A DNA stretch of 64,000 nt from Squalus acanthias (Eukaryota): positions 101,372,001-101,436,000 of the forward strand of contig CM059431.1 in NCBI GenBank assembly GCA_030390025.1. The letters run 5' to 3'. The translations under genes were made by a program, and so were the position numbers. Shown piece by piece: positions 13,713 to 26,651 of the stretch; the first letter of the stretch is position 1, and every line of letters begins with the position of its first letter. The notes under the pieces are model-generated. The model ran no database searches. It was not told the DNA's origin and saw only the letters and a program-made list of their open reading frames with translations.

Positions 13713-14472
13713 TGAGGCTGAACCACACTGTTCGCAACCTTGGTGTCATATGTGAGCCTGAAATGAGCTTCCGACCACATATCCGCGGCATAACTAAGAC
13801 CGCCTATTTCCACCTCCATAACATCGCTCGTCTCCGCCCTTGCCTCAGCTCATCCGCTGCTGAAACCCTCATCCATGCCTTTGTTACCTCTAGACTTGAC
13901 TATTCCAATGCACTTATGGCTAGCCGCCCACATTCTACCCTACGTAAACTTGAGATCATCCAAAACTCGGCTGCCCGTGTCCTAACTCGCACCAAGTCCC
14001 GTTTACCCATCATCCCTGTGCTCGCTGACCTACATTGGCTCCCGATTAAGCAACACCTCGATTTCAAAATTCTCATCCTTGTTTTCAAATCCCTCCTTGG
14101 CCTCGCCCCTCCCTATCTCTGTAATCTCCTCCAGCCCCACAACCCCCTCCCCACCCCCACCCCACCCCCGAGATATCTGCGCTCCTCTAATTCTGCCCTC
14201 TTGAGCATCCCTGATTATAATCGCTCAATCATTGGTGGCCGTGCCTTCTATTGCCTAGGCCCTAAGCTCTGGAATTCCCTGCCTAAACCTCTCTTTCCTC
14301 CTTTAAGACACTCCTTAAAACCTACCTCTTTGACCAACTCTTTTGGTTATCTCCCCTAATTCCTCCTTATATGGCTCGGTGTCAAACATTTTGTCTTATA
14401 ATTCTCCTGTGAAGCGCCTTGGGACGTTTTACTACGTTAAAGGTGCTATATAAATAAAAGTTGTTGTTGTTG
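13713..14472 (+). mobile_element. L2 LINE 3' fragment, inserted within a CR1 3' fragment
   Basis: TLIHAFVTSRLDYSNAL, IQNSAARVL, LHWLP, GGRAF..GPKLWNSLP; (ttg)n tail. Similar L2 pieces at ~5006-5180, 16115-16485, 23883-24400, 63105-63545. Confidence 0.88.
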
Positions 14473-14950
14473 AGTGACGTTCGGAAACACTTCTACACGC
14501 AAAGGGTGGTAGAAGTTTGGAACTCTCTTCCGCAAACAGCGGTTGATGCTAGATCAATTGTTAATTTTAATTCTGAGATTGATAAATGATTTCTGTTAAC
14601 CAAAGGTATTGAGGGATATGGGAAAAAGGCGGGTATATGGTGCTCGGTTACAGATCAGCCATAATCTCACTGAATGGCGGAAGAGACTCGAGCTGTTCAA
14701 TGGCCTCCTCCTGTTGCTATGAAAACCACTTCCCACTCACTGCCAGACTGAGTAACTACCCTTACCCCGACTCTCTTTGAACTGCAACACCTCTGAGGTA
14801 TAACATGTGCGAGACAAAACTTTTCATTACATACATATTTCATCTCAGTGAATGAATTTTACTGTTTATGGACACCACACCAGCAATCCATGTATTTCAC
14901 CCTCTCTGATTCTGCTCAGTCTCCCATTCTCAGTGCCCCCCTCTTACAGT

Positions 14951-15626
14951 AGGGGAATAGATGTCGACTCACAGCACCATGCTGAGAGGGGGAATAGCTG
15001 TCGACTCACAGCACCATGCTGAGAGGGGAATAGCTGTCGACTCACAGCACCATGCTGAGAGGGGGAATAGCTGTCGACTCACAGCACCATGCTGTGAGGG
15101 GAATAGCTGTCGACTCACAGCACCATGCTGAGAGGGGGAATAGCTGTCGACTCACAGCACCATGCTGAGAGGGGGAATAGCTGTCGACTCATAGCACCAT
15201 GCTGAGAGGGGAATAGCTGTCGACTCATAGCACCATGCTGAGAGGGGAATAGCTGTCGACTCATAGCACCATGCTGAGAGGGGAATAGCTGTCGACTCAC
15301 AGCACCATGCTGAGAGGGGAATAGCTGTCGACTCACAGCACCATGCTGAGAGGGGGAATAGCTGTCGACTCATAGCACCATGCTGAGAGGGGAATAGCTG
15401 TCGACTCACAGCACCATGCTGAGAGGGGGAATAGCTGTCGACTCACAGCACCATGCTGAGAGGGGAATAGCTGTCGACTCATAGCACCATGCTGAGAGGG
15501 GAATAGCTGTCGACTCACAGCACCATGCTGTGAGGGGAATAGCTGTCGACTCATAGCACCATGCTGTGAGGGGGAATAGCTGTCGACTCACAGCACCGTG
15601 CTGTGAGGGGGAATAGCTGTCGACTC
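14951..15626. repeat. Minisatellite, ~18 copies of a 36/37-bp unit
   Basis: Unit ggggaatagctgtcgactcacagcaccatgctgaga, head-to-tail, with variants only in G-run length, cac/cat and gag/gtg. Confidence 0.95.
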
Positions 15627-16511
15627 TACCCAGTTTCTTCCATGGCTACTTTCTATAGCCCCAGTGGGCCTCACGCTCCCCCTTCAAACAGCTCCTTAAC
15701 TCTACTGCCACTCACAACTGCCAACCCCAAGACTACACCCTCAATCCGGCAAAACCCCAGCCTAGCACTGCCCATTACCAAATCCCATCCCCAGTGCTAC
15801 CGAACCCGGTGAATCCCAGACTGTTTGCTCCCCCCATTGCATCCAGATCCTATCCCACTCCCAAGTACTCAGTAAGAGGCTAAAAGGGTTCAATTATGAG
15901 GGCAGGTTGCATAGAATAGGCTTGTATTCCCTTGAATGTAGAAGATTAAGGGTGATCTAATTGAGATGTTTAAGATGATTAAAAGATTTAATCGGGTAAA
16001 TAGAGAGAAACCATTTCCTCTGGTGGGGGAGAGCAGGGGGCAGAACCTTAAAATTAGAGCTAGGCCGTTCAGGGGTGATGTCAGGAAGCACTTCTTCACA
16101 CAAAGGGAAATTTGGTTCAAATCACTCCATGGTCTTGCCACTCCCTATCTCTGTAACTTCCTCAAGCCTTAAAGCCCTCTGAGAACACTGCGCTCCTCCA
16201 ATTCTGGTCTCTTGAACATCCCCAAATTTCATCACTCCACCATTGGTGGCTGTACCTTCAGCTGCCTGGGCCCCAAGCTCTGGAATTCCCTACCTAAACC
16301 TCTCCACCTCTCCTCCTTTAAGCTGTTCCTTAAAACCTGCATCTTTCACCAAGCTTTTGGTCATCAGTCCTGAGATCTCCTTATATGGCTCTGTGTCAAA
16401 TTCTGTTTGATAACGCTCCTGTGAAGTACCTTGCGAGATTTTACTATGTTAAAGGCACTATATAAATGCAAGTTGTTGTTGTCGTTGACTCATCATGAGC
16501 AATGTCACAGG

Positions 16512-18960
16512 AATCATAGAGTGGTTACAGCACAGGAGGCCATGTGGCCTGTCGAGCCCGTGCCAGCTCGCTGCAAGAGCACTTCAGCTAGTCCCACTCC
16601 CCCGCCCTTTCCCCGTAGCCCTGCAAATTTTTTTCCTTCAGGTACTTATCCAATTCCCTTTTGAAATCACGATTGAATCTGCCTCCACCACCCTTTCAGG
16701 CAGTGCATTCCAGATCCTAACCACTCGCTGCATAAATTTTTTTCCTTGTGTCGCCTTTGGTTCTTTTGCCTTAAATCTGTGTCCTCTGGTTCTCGACCCT
16801 TCTGCCAATGGGAACAGTTTCTCTCTATCTACTCTGTCCAGATCCCTCATGATTTTGAACACCTCTATCAAATCTCCTCTCAATCTTCTCTGCTCTAAGG
16901 AGAATAACCCCAGCTTCTCTAGTCTATCAATGTAACTGAAGTCCCTCATCCCTGGCATCATTCTTGTAAATCTTCTCTGCACCCTCTCTAAGGCCTTATT
17001 GGACACAATACTCCATATAGGCCGAACCAGTGTTTTATAAAAGTTCATCATAACTTCCTTGCTTTTGTATTCTATGGGCTGGATTTTCTCAATGGGAAGC
17101 TTTTTGGAGGCGGGACTGCTGCTTGCCAGCTTTCAATCCCGCCTCCATCAGCTTCTGGCCAACCAGCGGGATTTTCCCGATTGACCTTGTTAAGCCCGCC
17201 CAGCGGCCAATTAGGGGGAAGTCAGTGACAGAGCACGTAAACGTATGATGTGCCATCTGTCAAGAACTTTTGAAAGAAGAAATGTCATCGTTTGACAGCT
17301 CTTTGAAGCTGTCAAACACTGATATTCTGTGTAGTTTGATGAGTCCATGTGTTCAGGACTCATCAAACCTTTCAACTTTGCAGAAATCACCTGGCTGTTG
17401 GTTCAGAGGATCCAACAGCCAGTCTGTGATATCTACAATGGAGATGTCGGGACTCCGGCTCCACAGCGGCTGAAGGCTGTAGGCAGAAACAAAGGTAAGT
17501 GAACATTTTCTAACACTTTACACTCACCTTACATACTTACCACTCCACACTTGCACCGATCACTCACCTCTATATCGGACTTTCAGACCCCTCTGACCCC
17601 CGCAGACCTCCTACACCCTGGCGGGGTTCCCCGAGGTCGGGAAGCCTGCACTTTGGAACGAAAAATGGGGATAATCCTATTTTCTGCCTGTTAACTACCT
17701 GTTAACAGGCAGTTAATAGGCTTTAAACCCATTTCCCGCCTCAAGGAGACGGGACTCGGGGCAGGACAGCTTCCCGCCTCCTGGCAAGAGGGCACGGAGG
17801 TGGGTTGGGGGCGGGTTTGCCACCCGCCCCCAAATTCTGCAACTTTACCGGCAGTCCCGCCTCCATACCTGTCTCCTCGGGGCTGACAAAATCCAGCCCT
17901 ATGCTTCTATTTATGAAGCCCAGTACCCCGTCTGCTTTTTTAACCGCTTTCTCAACCTGCCCTGCCACCTTCAACAATTTGTGCACATATACCCCCAGGT
18001 CTCTCTGTTTATGCACCCATTTTAGGATTGTACTCTTTAGTTTATATTGCCTCTGCTCGTTCTTGCTACCAAAATGTATCACTTCGCACTTTTCTGCGTT
18101 AAATTTCATCTGCCGTGTGTCCGCCCATTTCACCAGCCTCTCTATGTCTTCTTGAAGTCTGTCACTATCTTCCTCACTGTTCACTATACTTCCAAGTTTT
18201 GTGTCATCTGCAAATTTTGAAATGGCACCCTGTACACCCAAGTTCAAGTCATTAATATATATCAAGAAAAGCAGTGGTCTTAGTACCGACCCCTGGGGAA
18301 CACCACTGTATACCTTCCTCCAGTCCAAAAAACAACCGTTCACTACTACTCTCTGTTTCCTGTCACTTAGCTAATTTTGTATCCATGCTGCCACTGTCCC
18401 TTTTATTCCATGAGCTTCAACTTTGCTGGCAAGCCTATTATGTGGCGCTTTATCAAACGTCTTTTGGAAGTCCATGTACACCACATCAACCGCATTACCC
18501 TCATCAACCCTCTCTGTTACCTCATCAAAGAACTCGATCAAGTTAGTTAAACACGATTTGCCTTTAATAAATCCGTGCTGGCTTTCCTTAATGAATCCAC
18601 ACTTGTCCAAGTGACTGTTAACTTTGTCCCTGATTATCGTTTCTAAAAGCTTCCCCACTACCGAGGTTAAACTGACTGGCCTGCAATTGCTGGGTTTATC
18701 CTTACACCCTTTTTTGAACAAGGGTGTAACATTTGCAATTTTCCAGTCCTCTGGCACCACCCTCCGTATCCAAGGAGGATTGGAAGATTATGGCCAGTAC
18801 CTTAGCGATTTCCTCCTTAACTTCCCTCAGCATCCTAGGATGCATCCCATCCGGTCCTGGTGACTTATCAACTTTAAGTACAGATAGCTTTTCTAGTACC
18901 TGCTCTGTATCAATTTTTATCTCATCCCGTATTTCCACTACCTTCTCTTTCACTATGACT
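16512..18960 (-). mobile_element. CR1 ORF2 (RT) with deletions, interrupted by MITE 17076-17899
   Basis: [44 protein letters not shown] and C-terminal CR1 motifs. Confidence 0.9.
17076..17899. mobile_element. Harbinger-type MITE (824 bp) inserted in a CR1
   Basis: Perfect TIR GGGCTGGATTTT / AAAATCCAGCCC; TSD TAT; CR1 RT sequence continues on both sides; GGAGGCGGG subterminal motifs. Confidence 0.88.
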
Positions 18961-19278
18961 AGGAGATCCGCTAATATACTACAATAATAGGTAAATACCA
19001 GGGGTGGGAGTAAAATAATAAAATAAGCACTGAAAACACTGAAGAATTTTCAATGAGCCCTGCAAAATAAAATTGTCAAGACCTTGTATTGTTCTGCACT
19101 TCACATTTACAAGAAGTCCACTGGGGCTTACCACAATTTAAAAATTATACTTGATGTATCGTGGTCCCTCTGAAACTCGCGTAGACCTGTTCGGGCTTCT
19201 GCAGTTTGCACATTTTCAAAATTAGAAAATATTCTAGAAACAAGTCGGGAGGTGTCATCGCTTCTTCAACAACACCTT

Positions 19279-20385
19279 TCAAACCCGTAGCCTCCACCAC
19301 ATCCTCTTGGGCAGTCTCTCAGAACCGAGGATGACTTGCTTCCACACTAACAATGAGTTCTCAGGTGACTGATGAGTCCAATGTGGGACCCTACAGTCTC
19401 TGTCACAGGTGGGGCAGACGGTGGTTGAAGGGGCGGGTGGGTGGGGTGCTTGGGTTGACGTGCGCTCCTTCTGCTCCTTGCTCCCGGCGAAGAGACTCGA
19501 GGTGTTCGGTACCTTCCCGGATGCTTCTCCTCCACTTTGGTCTTGGGCCAGGGATTCCCAGGTGTCGGTGGGGATGTTGCACTTTTTCAAGGAGGCTTTG
19601 AGGGTGTCCTTGAAGCGTTTCCTCTGCCCACCTGGGGCACTCTTGCCGCGTCGGAGCTCCGAGTAGAGCGCTTGGTTTGGGAGTCTCGTATCGGGCATGC
19701 GGACGATGTGACCCGTCCATCGGAGCTGATCGAGCATGGTCAAAGCTTCGATGCTGGGGATGTTGGCCTGAGCGAGAACACTGACGTTGGTGTGCCTATC
19801 CTGCCAATGGATTTGCAGGATCTTGCGGAGGCAGCGTTGGTGGTACCTCTCCAGTGCTTTGAGGTGCCTGCTGTACATGGTCCATGTCTCTGAGGCATAC
19901 AGGAGGGCGGGTATCACTGCTGCTCTGTAGACCATGAGCTTGGTGCCGGGTTTGAGGTCCTGGTCTTCAAACACTCTCTTCCTTAGGCGACCGAAGGCTG
20001 CACTGGCACACTGAAGGCGGTGTTGGACTTCATCATCGATGTCTGCCCTTGTTGACAATAGACTCCCGAGGTATGGAAAGCGGTTCACGTTGTCCAAGGC
20101 CTTGTCATGGATTTTGATAATCGGGGGGCAGTACTGTGTGGCGGGGGAGGGTTGGTAGAGGACCTTTGTCTTACGGATGTTTAGTGTAAGGCCCACGCTC
20201 TAGTACGCTTCAGTGAAGGTGTAGATGATGGTTTGGAGTTCGACCTCAAAGTGTGTGCAGACGCAAGCGTCGTCTGCATACTGTAATTCGACGACAGAGG
20301 ATGGGACGACCTTGGATCTGGACTGGAGGCAACGGAGGTTGAACAGTTTCCCATTTGTTCTGTAAATCAGCTCCACTCCAGCGGG
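19279..20385 (-). mobile_element. RTE-clade LINE, 3' part of ORF
   Basis: ELQYADDAC, GLTLNIRKTKV, FPYLGSLLS, ASAAFGRLRKRVF, LLYASETWT, QLRWTGHIVRM, GGQRKRFKDTLK, CxxC tail. Confidence 0.88.
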
Positions 20386-21103
20386 GTGTTCTGTAAATCA
20401 TCGACAAGATGCACTGCAGCAACTCGCCAAGGCTTCTTCGGCAGCACCTCCCAAACCCGCGACCTCTTCCACCTAGAAGGACAAGGGCAGCAGGCACATG
20501 GGAACACCACCACCTCCAAGGTCCCCTCCAAGTCACACACCATCCTGACTTAGAAGTATATCGCCGATCCTTCATCGTCGCTGGGTCAAAATCCTGAAAC
20601 TCCCTACCTAACAGCACTGTGGGAGTACCATCACCACACGGACTGCAGCGGTTCAAGAAGGCGGCTCACCACCACCTTCTCAAGGGCAATTAGGGATGGG
20701 CAATAAATGCTGGCATTGCCAGCGACGCCCTGATCCCATAAACGAATTTTTAAAAAATCAGCTCCACTCCACCATATAGAAGGACAAGGGCAGCAGGCAC
20801 ATGGGAAGACCACCACCTCCAAGGTCCCCTCCAAGTCACACACCATCCTGACTTAGAAGTATATCGCCGATCCTCCATTGTCGCTGGGTCAAAATCCTGG
20901 AACTCCCTACCTAACAGCACTGTGGGAGCACCTTCACCACACGGACTGCAGCGGTTCAAGGCGGCGGCTCACCACCACCTTCTCAAGGGGCAACTCGGGA
21001 TGGGCAATAAATGGCAGCCTTGCCAGCGACGCCCGTATCCAAAGAATGAATATAAAATAAAACATTATAATGAAATCGGGACTGCAATATTATAAAACAC
21101 AAG

Positions 21104-21999
21104 GGGGTAAAAATTTGGTCGCGCCCCATTTGGGGCGCAAATATCGTCTGGACGCAAATATTAGCGCCTGGCGCTAATTATCGGCACTGACTGGAAACTT
21201 CACTTTTACCGCCCCGGGAGGTGAGTGGAGCGCTAAATCAGGCGCTGCACACCTGTCTTAAGGCGCAAAGGCCAAGGAGTGAGGCGCTAACTCAGAGCGC
21301 TGGCGAAGCTCATGTAATGTCAGTCAGCAATGGAACACACACACAATGGCACGGGCCAGTTCTTAAAGGGGATGGTTAATCTTGCTTTCCATCCACATCC
21401 TGTTCATTGCAGCCTTGAATCTCGGCCTGGAGAGACTTGCATATCAAATGTGCTGGAAAGAACAGTGGAGAGTACCAGGCAAAGAGCTCAGAGTGCAGCT
21501 CCCACAGTCTCTGCTAAATCGATACAAGGAATGGCAAATCAAAATGAACCTGCAAAGTGCTGCTCACTACCCAAAACTCCTTCACACAACGTTGAATCTC
21601 TCCAGAAGTCTCTCCCCCTCTCTCTCTCAATGCGTAGTTCAAAAATGCCACCAACAATAAAAGACAGGAAGAGGCCCCCTTTAAATAGCGCCCCCCCCCC
21701 CAGCCCCACAGCGATTGATAGCGTTCCAGTCTTCTGGTCGTTGGATGCGCCAGGCGGTAAGGCAGGGGGCGCCACTCAATTTCAGCTCTGGGGCGCCACA
21801 AGGGCGTTGCACCATGGAATGACGTCACAAACTGCGCGCGCAGGTGGTCGCAGCGGTAAAGTTTAGCGCCGCCGCACAATCTCTAGTTAAGTTCCCGAGC
21901 GGCGCAAACATCGCTGCGCCCGGGCGTTAGCGGCTTTGCGCCCCATTAGCGCCCTCTTAAGGCGCTAACGGGAGGCGCAACCAACTGAATTTTTACCCC
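21104..21999. mobile_element. Non-autonomous Harbinger (internal-deletion type), 896 bp
   Basis: TIRs GGGGTAAAAATT / AATTTTTACCCC; TSD AAG; terminal ~200-300 bp very similar to 26293-30442; interior very similar to 10635-11524. Confidence 0.92.
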
Positions 22000-23189
22000 A
22001 AGAAGTTTTAGCAACAAGGAAAGGCCATTAAATCCATTAAGCCAGTTATTTTTTGAAAAAGTTCATTTCTACCTAACTGCCCTCTCGCGCTATCCCTAAA
22101 CACTACTCTCTCTTCAGAAATCCATCCAAGCGTCTTTTGAATGTTATATTGCACGGTTTAGTGGCCTTTACTGATAATGTATTTCATTCCCCCCCCACCC
22201 TCCTTTTACAGAGGGTTGGAGTGTTGGGGAAGGTAATGAATCAAGTCTGGTTTGCCCTTACACTGAAGTAATCGCCGTGCCCTCCCTAAACCTCTCCGCC
22301 TCTCTCGCCCTTTAAGACGCTCCTTAAAACCGACCTCTTTCCTGTCCTAATATCCCCTTATGTGAATCGGTGTCAAATTTTGTCTGATAATCGCTCCTGT
22401 GAAGCACTTTGGGGAAGTTTGACTACATTTAAGACACTGTATAAATGCAAATTGTCGCTGTTGGGAGTATCAGGAGAATTTGGCCACGGAGAGCGGGACA
22501 CGGTATTGCGCAAGATATTCGAGCCAAATCTGTTGGTGAAGGGCCACCCCAGTCACTGGCCAGGTGCGTTCGAGTCCAAGGCCCTCAGACTGGACGGTGC
22601 AGAGGTGGGAAGAGGGACCATGAGTGACGTGTTGATTCACAGGGCGTTAAACATTAATTTAGTTCCCTCTGTATGTAAACATATTATGGCATTTTTTTCT
22701 TATACCATGCATTAACTGCAAAGTGAGAAGCATATTTGGTCTTTATCAGCAGATAAACCTAGTAAGTTAGAATGAATTTAGATTTATCCCACAGAAAAAG
22801 TCTAAATGCGTTCGCTACATTAACAGTTTATCACAAAATCGTACAAGTAATACTGGCTGCACCTAACAGAAAATTGCACAGTTCAGTTGTAATTCACAGG
22901 CCTATACAAGGATTTACTTCTTTAACCGCTCACTATTACATAAGCTTGAAAATGACTATGGTTTTTGAAGAGTATTTATTTATTAACGTGTATTTGTGCT
23001 TAACACAACACAAAACCACAAACCTTTCCTGCCACCTACTGGAACATTCTATATCTTTCATGTTAGTGCAAGAGACAGCTTGGTACACCACTGTATGTTG
23101 GGGAAGGAGGTTCTTTAAGAAACAAACACAGAGATAAGGCCTAAACTATCAAGTCGCTCATAAGCAAGTTAGCTCTTGTGGTACTTCTA

Positions 23190-23885
23190 CATGAAACACA
23201 AAAAGTTAGCATGTAGGTACAGCAAGTAATTAGGAAGGCAAATGGAATTTTGGCCTTTATTGCAAGGGGGATGGAATATAAAAGTAGGGAAGTCTTGCTA
23301 CAACTGTACAGGGCATTGGTGAGGCCACACCTGGAGTACTGCGTACAGTTTTGGTCACCTTATTTAAGGAAGGATATACTTGCATTGGAGGCAGTTCAGA
23401 GAAGGTTCGCTAGGTTGATTCCTGAGTTGAAGGGGTTGTCTTATGAGGAAAGGTTGAGCCTATACCCATTGGAGTTTAGAAGAATGAGAGGTGATCTTAT
23501 TGAAGCATATAAGATTCTGAGGGGGCGTGACAGGGTAGATGCTGAGAGGATGTTTCCCCTCGTGGGGGAATCTAGAACAAGGGGGCAAAGTTTCAGAATA
23601 AGTGGTCACCCATTTAAAACGGCGATGAGGAGGAATTTCTTCTCTCAGAGGGTCATGAATCTTTGGAATTCTCTACCCCAGAGAGCTGTGGAGGCTGAGT
23701 CACTGAATATATTCAAGGTGGAGATAGACAGATTTTTGAAAAACAGGGGAATCAAGGGTTATGGGGAGCGGGCCGGAAAGTGGAGTTGAGGCCAAGATCA
23801 GATCAGCCATGATCTAAATTGAATGGCAGAGCAGGCTCGAGGGGTCGAATGGCCTACTCCTGCTCCTATTTCTTATGTTCTTATG
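23190..23885 (+). mobile_element. CR1 3' fragment
   Basis: LVRPHLEYCVQFWSP...RRMRGDLIE; ttcttatg tail. Confidence 0.88.
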
Positions 23886-26651
23886 TTACCTCCAGACTTG
23901 ACTATTCCAATGCTCTCCTGGCCAGCCTTCCAGCTTCCACCCACCGTAAACTTCAGTTCATCCAAAGCACTGCCGCCCGTATCCTAACTCGCACCAAGTC
24001 CTTTTCACCCATCACCCCCTGTGCTCGCTGACCTACCTTGGCTCCCAGTCCGGCAACACCTCGATTTCAAAATTCTCATCCTTGTTTTCAAATCTCTCCA
24101 TATCTCTGTAAACTCCTCCAGCCCTACAATCCTCTGAGATCTCTGCGCTCCTCCAATTCTGGCCTCTTGTGCTTCCCCGATTTCCTTCGCCCCACTATTG
24201 GCGGCCGTGCCTTCAGTTGCCTGGGCCCTAAGCGTTGGAATTTCTTCCCTAAACCTCTCTTTCCTCCATTAAGACGCCCTTTAAAATCAACCACCTGTCA
24301 CACTATCTCCTTATGTGGCTTGGTGTCAAATTTTCTCTGATAACTCTCCTGTGAAACGCCTTGGGACATTTTACTACGTTAAAGGCACTATATAAATGCC
24401 TAGCTTTAAGAAAGAGCAGATACAACTGTGGGAAATATACACCAGTTAGCAAGACAAATAGCTGTAAAACTATTTGAGAGTATTATGAAGCACACAATTC
24501 AAGATCCTTGGTCGTAAATGAATGCGATAAATAAAAGCCAGCATGGATTAATGAATGGCAGTTCATGCCTTCAATATGTATCTGACGTTGTCGACCATGG
24601 TTCAGTGGGTCGCACTCTCGCCTCTGAGTCTGAAGGTTGTGGGATCGAGTCCCATTCCAGAGACTTGAGCACAAAATCCAGGCCGACACTCCTAGAGCAG
24701 TGCTGAAGGAGTGCTGCACTGTCAGAGGTGCCGTCTTTCGGATGAGACGTTAAACAGAGGGCTCGTCTACACTCTCAGGTGGGCGTAAAAGATCGCATGC
24801 CACTATATTGAAGAGCAGGGAGTTCTCTCCAGTATCCTGGGCCAATATTTATCCTTCAACCATTAATCAGGAAAAACAGATGATCTGGTCATTATCACGT
24901 TGGACTTTACTGATTATCTTTGCTTTTTGTTAAATCATCATGTTTTGGGGGAAAACAAAATCATTAAATTTAAACGGTTGCAGCTCATAAAATTATATAA
25001 TCTAAACAATAACATTTATATAGTGCCTTTAACGTAGTAAAATCATCCCAAGAACTAAAGGGGAAATGAGGACAATTTTTTTCACACAGAGGGTTGTTAT
25101 GATCTGGAACGCACTACTTGAAAGGGTGGTGGAATCAGATTCCATAGGAACTTTCAAAAGTCAACTGGACATGTACTTGAAGAGGATGAATTTGCAGGGT
25201 TATGGGGAAAGAGCAGGGGGGAGTGGGACTAAATTGGAGAGTTCTTTCAAAGAGCCGGCACAGGCACGACGGGCCGAATGGCCTCCTTCTGGTCTATAAG
25301 ATTCAATGATTCTAAGAAGGAGGCCATCGTGTCTCTTTGAAAGAGCTCTCCAATTAGTGCCACTGTCCTACCCTTTCCCCATCGCCATGCAGTTTTATCC
25401 ACTTCAAGTATTCATCCAATTCCCTTTTGAAAGTCACTATTGAATCTGCTTCCACCACCCTTTCAGTGCTCTTCGTGTTTCATAAATGTCTTTAATTTCT
25501 TTATATTTCTCTCGTCATGCCTCCTATTGTCTCATGCAAATATCACTTTAACCTTCTCCTGTTTTCCACTTCAGCGCTTTGCAGGTCATTCTATTTCTTT
25601 GCGCGCACGTGTGCGTGTGTCTGTGTGTCTCCTCCTCTCCTTTCTTTGGTCTAGTCCTTTTTAAATTCAAGTAGCGATGCTGGTCTGCATGGGGAACAAG
25701 CTTAGTAATGTCATATTAACCTACACAACTGAAATAAGCACCTAAAACACAACTTTTATCATCAAAAGTGAGAATTATCAGAGATGGACTAAGTATTTCC
25801 TATTTGTAATATGCAGTGTTCCTATCAAGCAATCCAAGATCAGTTGCAGCAAGACTCAGATGCAGAGCAAAAGACCCATTTTCTCTGCTCAAACAAAACC
25901 GCAACCTCAGAATAGCATCCCCAACTGAATCAGTGAGATATTTCCCACACTAGTTACATTTGGGGCTACCTTGATTGCGAATCAGTCTTGAATTATTTAT
26001 CTGTGGTATACTCTAGATAAGTACCAGCAGGTAATACCTTCAGTGTCTTATCACCCTTACAGCTCACCGTAGAAGAGACTTTCATTATTTCAGTCTGGGC
26101 TAAATTCAAACCAGGTAGCAGAGGTTAAGTGTGCTAACTCATTAGGGTTGCAAAGGGGTGGAAAGTTTCCGGTAAATTTCCAGAAATTTTCCACGGGAAG
26201 TTTAGCTTGGGAATTTTGCCCAAAAAAGCACATTCTAGCATAATATTGTTTTTTTTTTTCCACAGGTCCTCTTAAAATTACTAACAGAGATGGGGGTAGA
26301 AATTAGGTCGCGCCCCATTTGGGGCGCAAATATCGTCCGGACGCAAATATTAGCGCCTGGCGCTAATTATTGGCACTGACAGGAAACTTCACTTTTACCG
26401 CCCCGGGAGGTGAGTGGAGCGTTAAAGCAGGCGCTGCACACCTGTCTTAAGGCGCAAAGGCCAAGGAGTGAGGCGCTAACTCAGCGCGCGAGCGCAGCGC
26501 AGCTGCTGCCAGTTAGCGAGGGAACACAGACACACTGGCGCCGGACACTTCTTAAAGCGGGGGGGGGCCACTTGCTCCCCAGCCACACCCTGCTCATTGC
26601 AGCCTTGAATCTCAGCCTGGAGAGACCTGTGAATCCATTTTGCTGCCAAGC

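Noticed and set aside
14951..15626. CRISPR-like array of 36-37-bp repeats
   Set aside because: Units are directly head-to-tail with no unique spacers, no cas genes are present, and the context is a vertebrate intron; it is a minisatellite.
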